Assembly: GCA_964016885.1 (NCBI GenBank) | Contig: OZ024742.1 | Location: forward strand, 297,662,001 to 297,726,000 | Length of the DNA: 64,000 nucleotides | Source: Eledone cirrhosa | Lineage: Eukaryota | Direction: 5' to 3' | In this document: in pieces, positions 62,800 to 64,000 of the stretch | Position numbering within the stretch: the stretch's first letter is position 1 | How the letters are laid out: each line of letters opens with the position of its first letter | Translations under genes and position numbers: made by a program | Notes under the pieces: model-generated | Told to the model about the DNA's origin: nothing | What the model saw: the letters and a program-made list of their open reading frames with translations, nothing else | Database searches by the model: none

Positions 62800-62890
62800 T
62801 GAAGGCGCATGGCTTAGTGGTTAGGGTGTTGGGTTCATGATAATAAGGTCATCAGCTCAATTCCCAGACAAGGTTGTTCCAGTCGACCCA
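62800..62890 (+). mobile_element. tRNA-derived SINE head (family B-like)
   Basis: gaaggcgcatggcttagtggttagggtgttgg...agctcaattccc; A-box and degenerate B-box. Confidence 0.6.
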
Positions 62891-63016
62891 TTAGAGCCAT
62901 GGAGAAAAGCGACTTGCATGCATCGGTGATTTTTGGGGTTTCATAAAACACTGCGATTGGCTAGCACAACTCAGTGGAAGTTTCTAGGTGCAAACGCAGT
63001 CATGATGGAAAGAGAC

Positions 63017-63441
63017 TATACATGTATGTATATATATCTACATATATGTATATATATCTACATATATGTATATATATCTACATATATGTATATATATACA
63101 TATATATACATATATACATATATGTATATATATACATATTTATATATATATACATATTTATATACATATATGTCTGTATAATGTATATATATACATAATT
63201 ATATATATATATATTATATATATATATATATTATACATATATATATATATATACAATATATATATTATATATATATACAATATATATATATACAAATATA
63301 TACATATACAAATATATATATATATATATATGTATATTATATATATACAATATATATATTACATATATATATACAAATATAATTATATATATATATATGT
63401 ATATATATATACACTATATATATATACAAATATATACATAT

Positions 63442-63499
<58 letters not shown>

Positions 63500-63552
63500 T
63501 ATATATACAATATATATATTATATATATATACAAATATATATATAGATAGAT
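63017..63552. repeat. Long interrupted (TA)n/(TACA) low-complexity tract
   Basis: Direct reading; similar tracts at 62050-62210, 62390-62435, 24330-24690, 27680-27770, 27930-28060 and 28530-28670. Confidence 0.95.
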
Positions 63553-63654
63553 AGTAATAATAATAAATGTGAAGACTAAAATCCAAAGAGGGCTCGATAA
63601 GGATAAATATATATCAAATATATAAGAACCATAGAGCAAATAGTTATTAAAATA

Positions 63655-64000
63655 ACAGATTAAAGTTTAAGCAAAGAATCGCTGCTTTCACCCTTAACGG
63701 GATCTTCTGAAACTAAAAAAATGAATCTGTGAATGCAGAAGTAAATATTTCGAAAAACGTTACAACCGAAGGAAGACAGGCAGACGATACTTTGGTTCGT
63801 GGAAACGTTCCCTGGCAAAGAACGGAAAAAACGAAGATAATACGTCATTATTTGGAGCGGTAAAAACAAATACATGCAAAGACAAAATCACGTTTATGGT
63901 ATAAATGAAGTTGTAGACTAATATTCTATTAGGTGGTTCATATTATCTTCTTCATTTTTTCCGTTCATTGCCAGAGAACGTCTCCACGAACCACCTAATA
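63655..64000 (-). mobile_element. 3' end of a second, diverged copy of the Naiad-like PLE (runs to the window edge, with an internal inversion)
   Basis: 63650-63935 is the diverged reverse complement of ~27370-27663; 63941-64000 switches strand and matches 27325-27378 directly. Confidence 0.85.
63664..63714 (-). ncRNA. Hammerhead-like fold with variant core CAGAAGA (HHR family 3, copy 2)
   Basis: Minus strand: AGUUU-CAGAAGA-U-CCC-GUUAA-GGG-U-GAAA-GCAG-CGAUUCU-UUGC-UU^AAACU; perfect 5-bp stem I. Confidence 0.7.

Overview
AT-rich eukaryotic (animal) genomic DNA with no convincing host protein-coding gene. The repeat repertoire suggests a mollusc, probably a cephalopod (inference). It includes RTE LINEs with (GAT)n tails, tRNA-derived SINEs, huge (TA)n tracts and a Naiad-type Penelope-like element (PLE). 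The long ORFs are all transposon-derived: a decayed CR1/L2-type LINE (5.2-7.5 kb), several RTE LINEs carrying a PHD-like C4HC3 finger inside the RT, a 5'-truncated but otherwise open Naiad-like PLE (RT + GIY-YIG, 24.7-26.7 kb), mariner relics, TTAA-flanked MITEs and a probable Helitron. The main hidden signal is RNA. I read at least four unrelated families of type I hammerhead ribozyme (HHR) or HHR-like motifs directly from the sequence, plus two degenerate relics, all next to (TA)n microsatellites at 21.6-28.5 kb and 62-64 kb. They include a 480-nt non-coding HHR-delimited unit present in two circularly permuted forms (retrozyme/circRNA-like), a PLE 3' HHR-like fold with a non-canonical CAGAAGA core shared by two diverged copies, and a head-to-head HHR palindrome. 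All folds and alignments were done by eye and need computational and biochemical confirmation.
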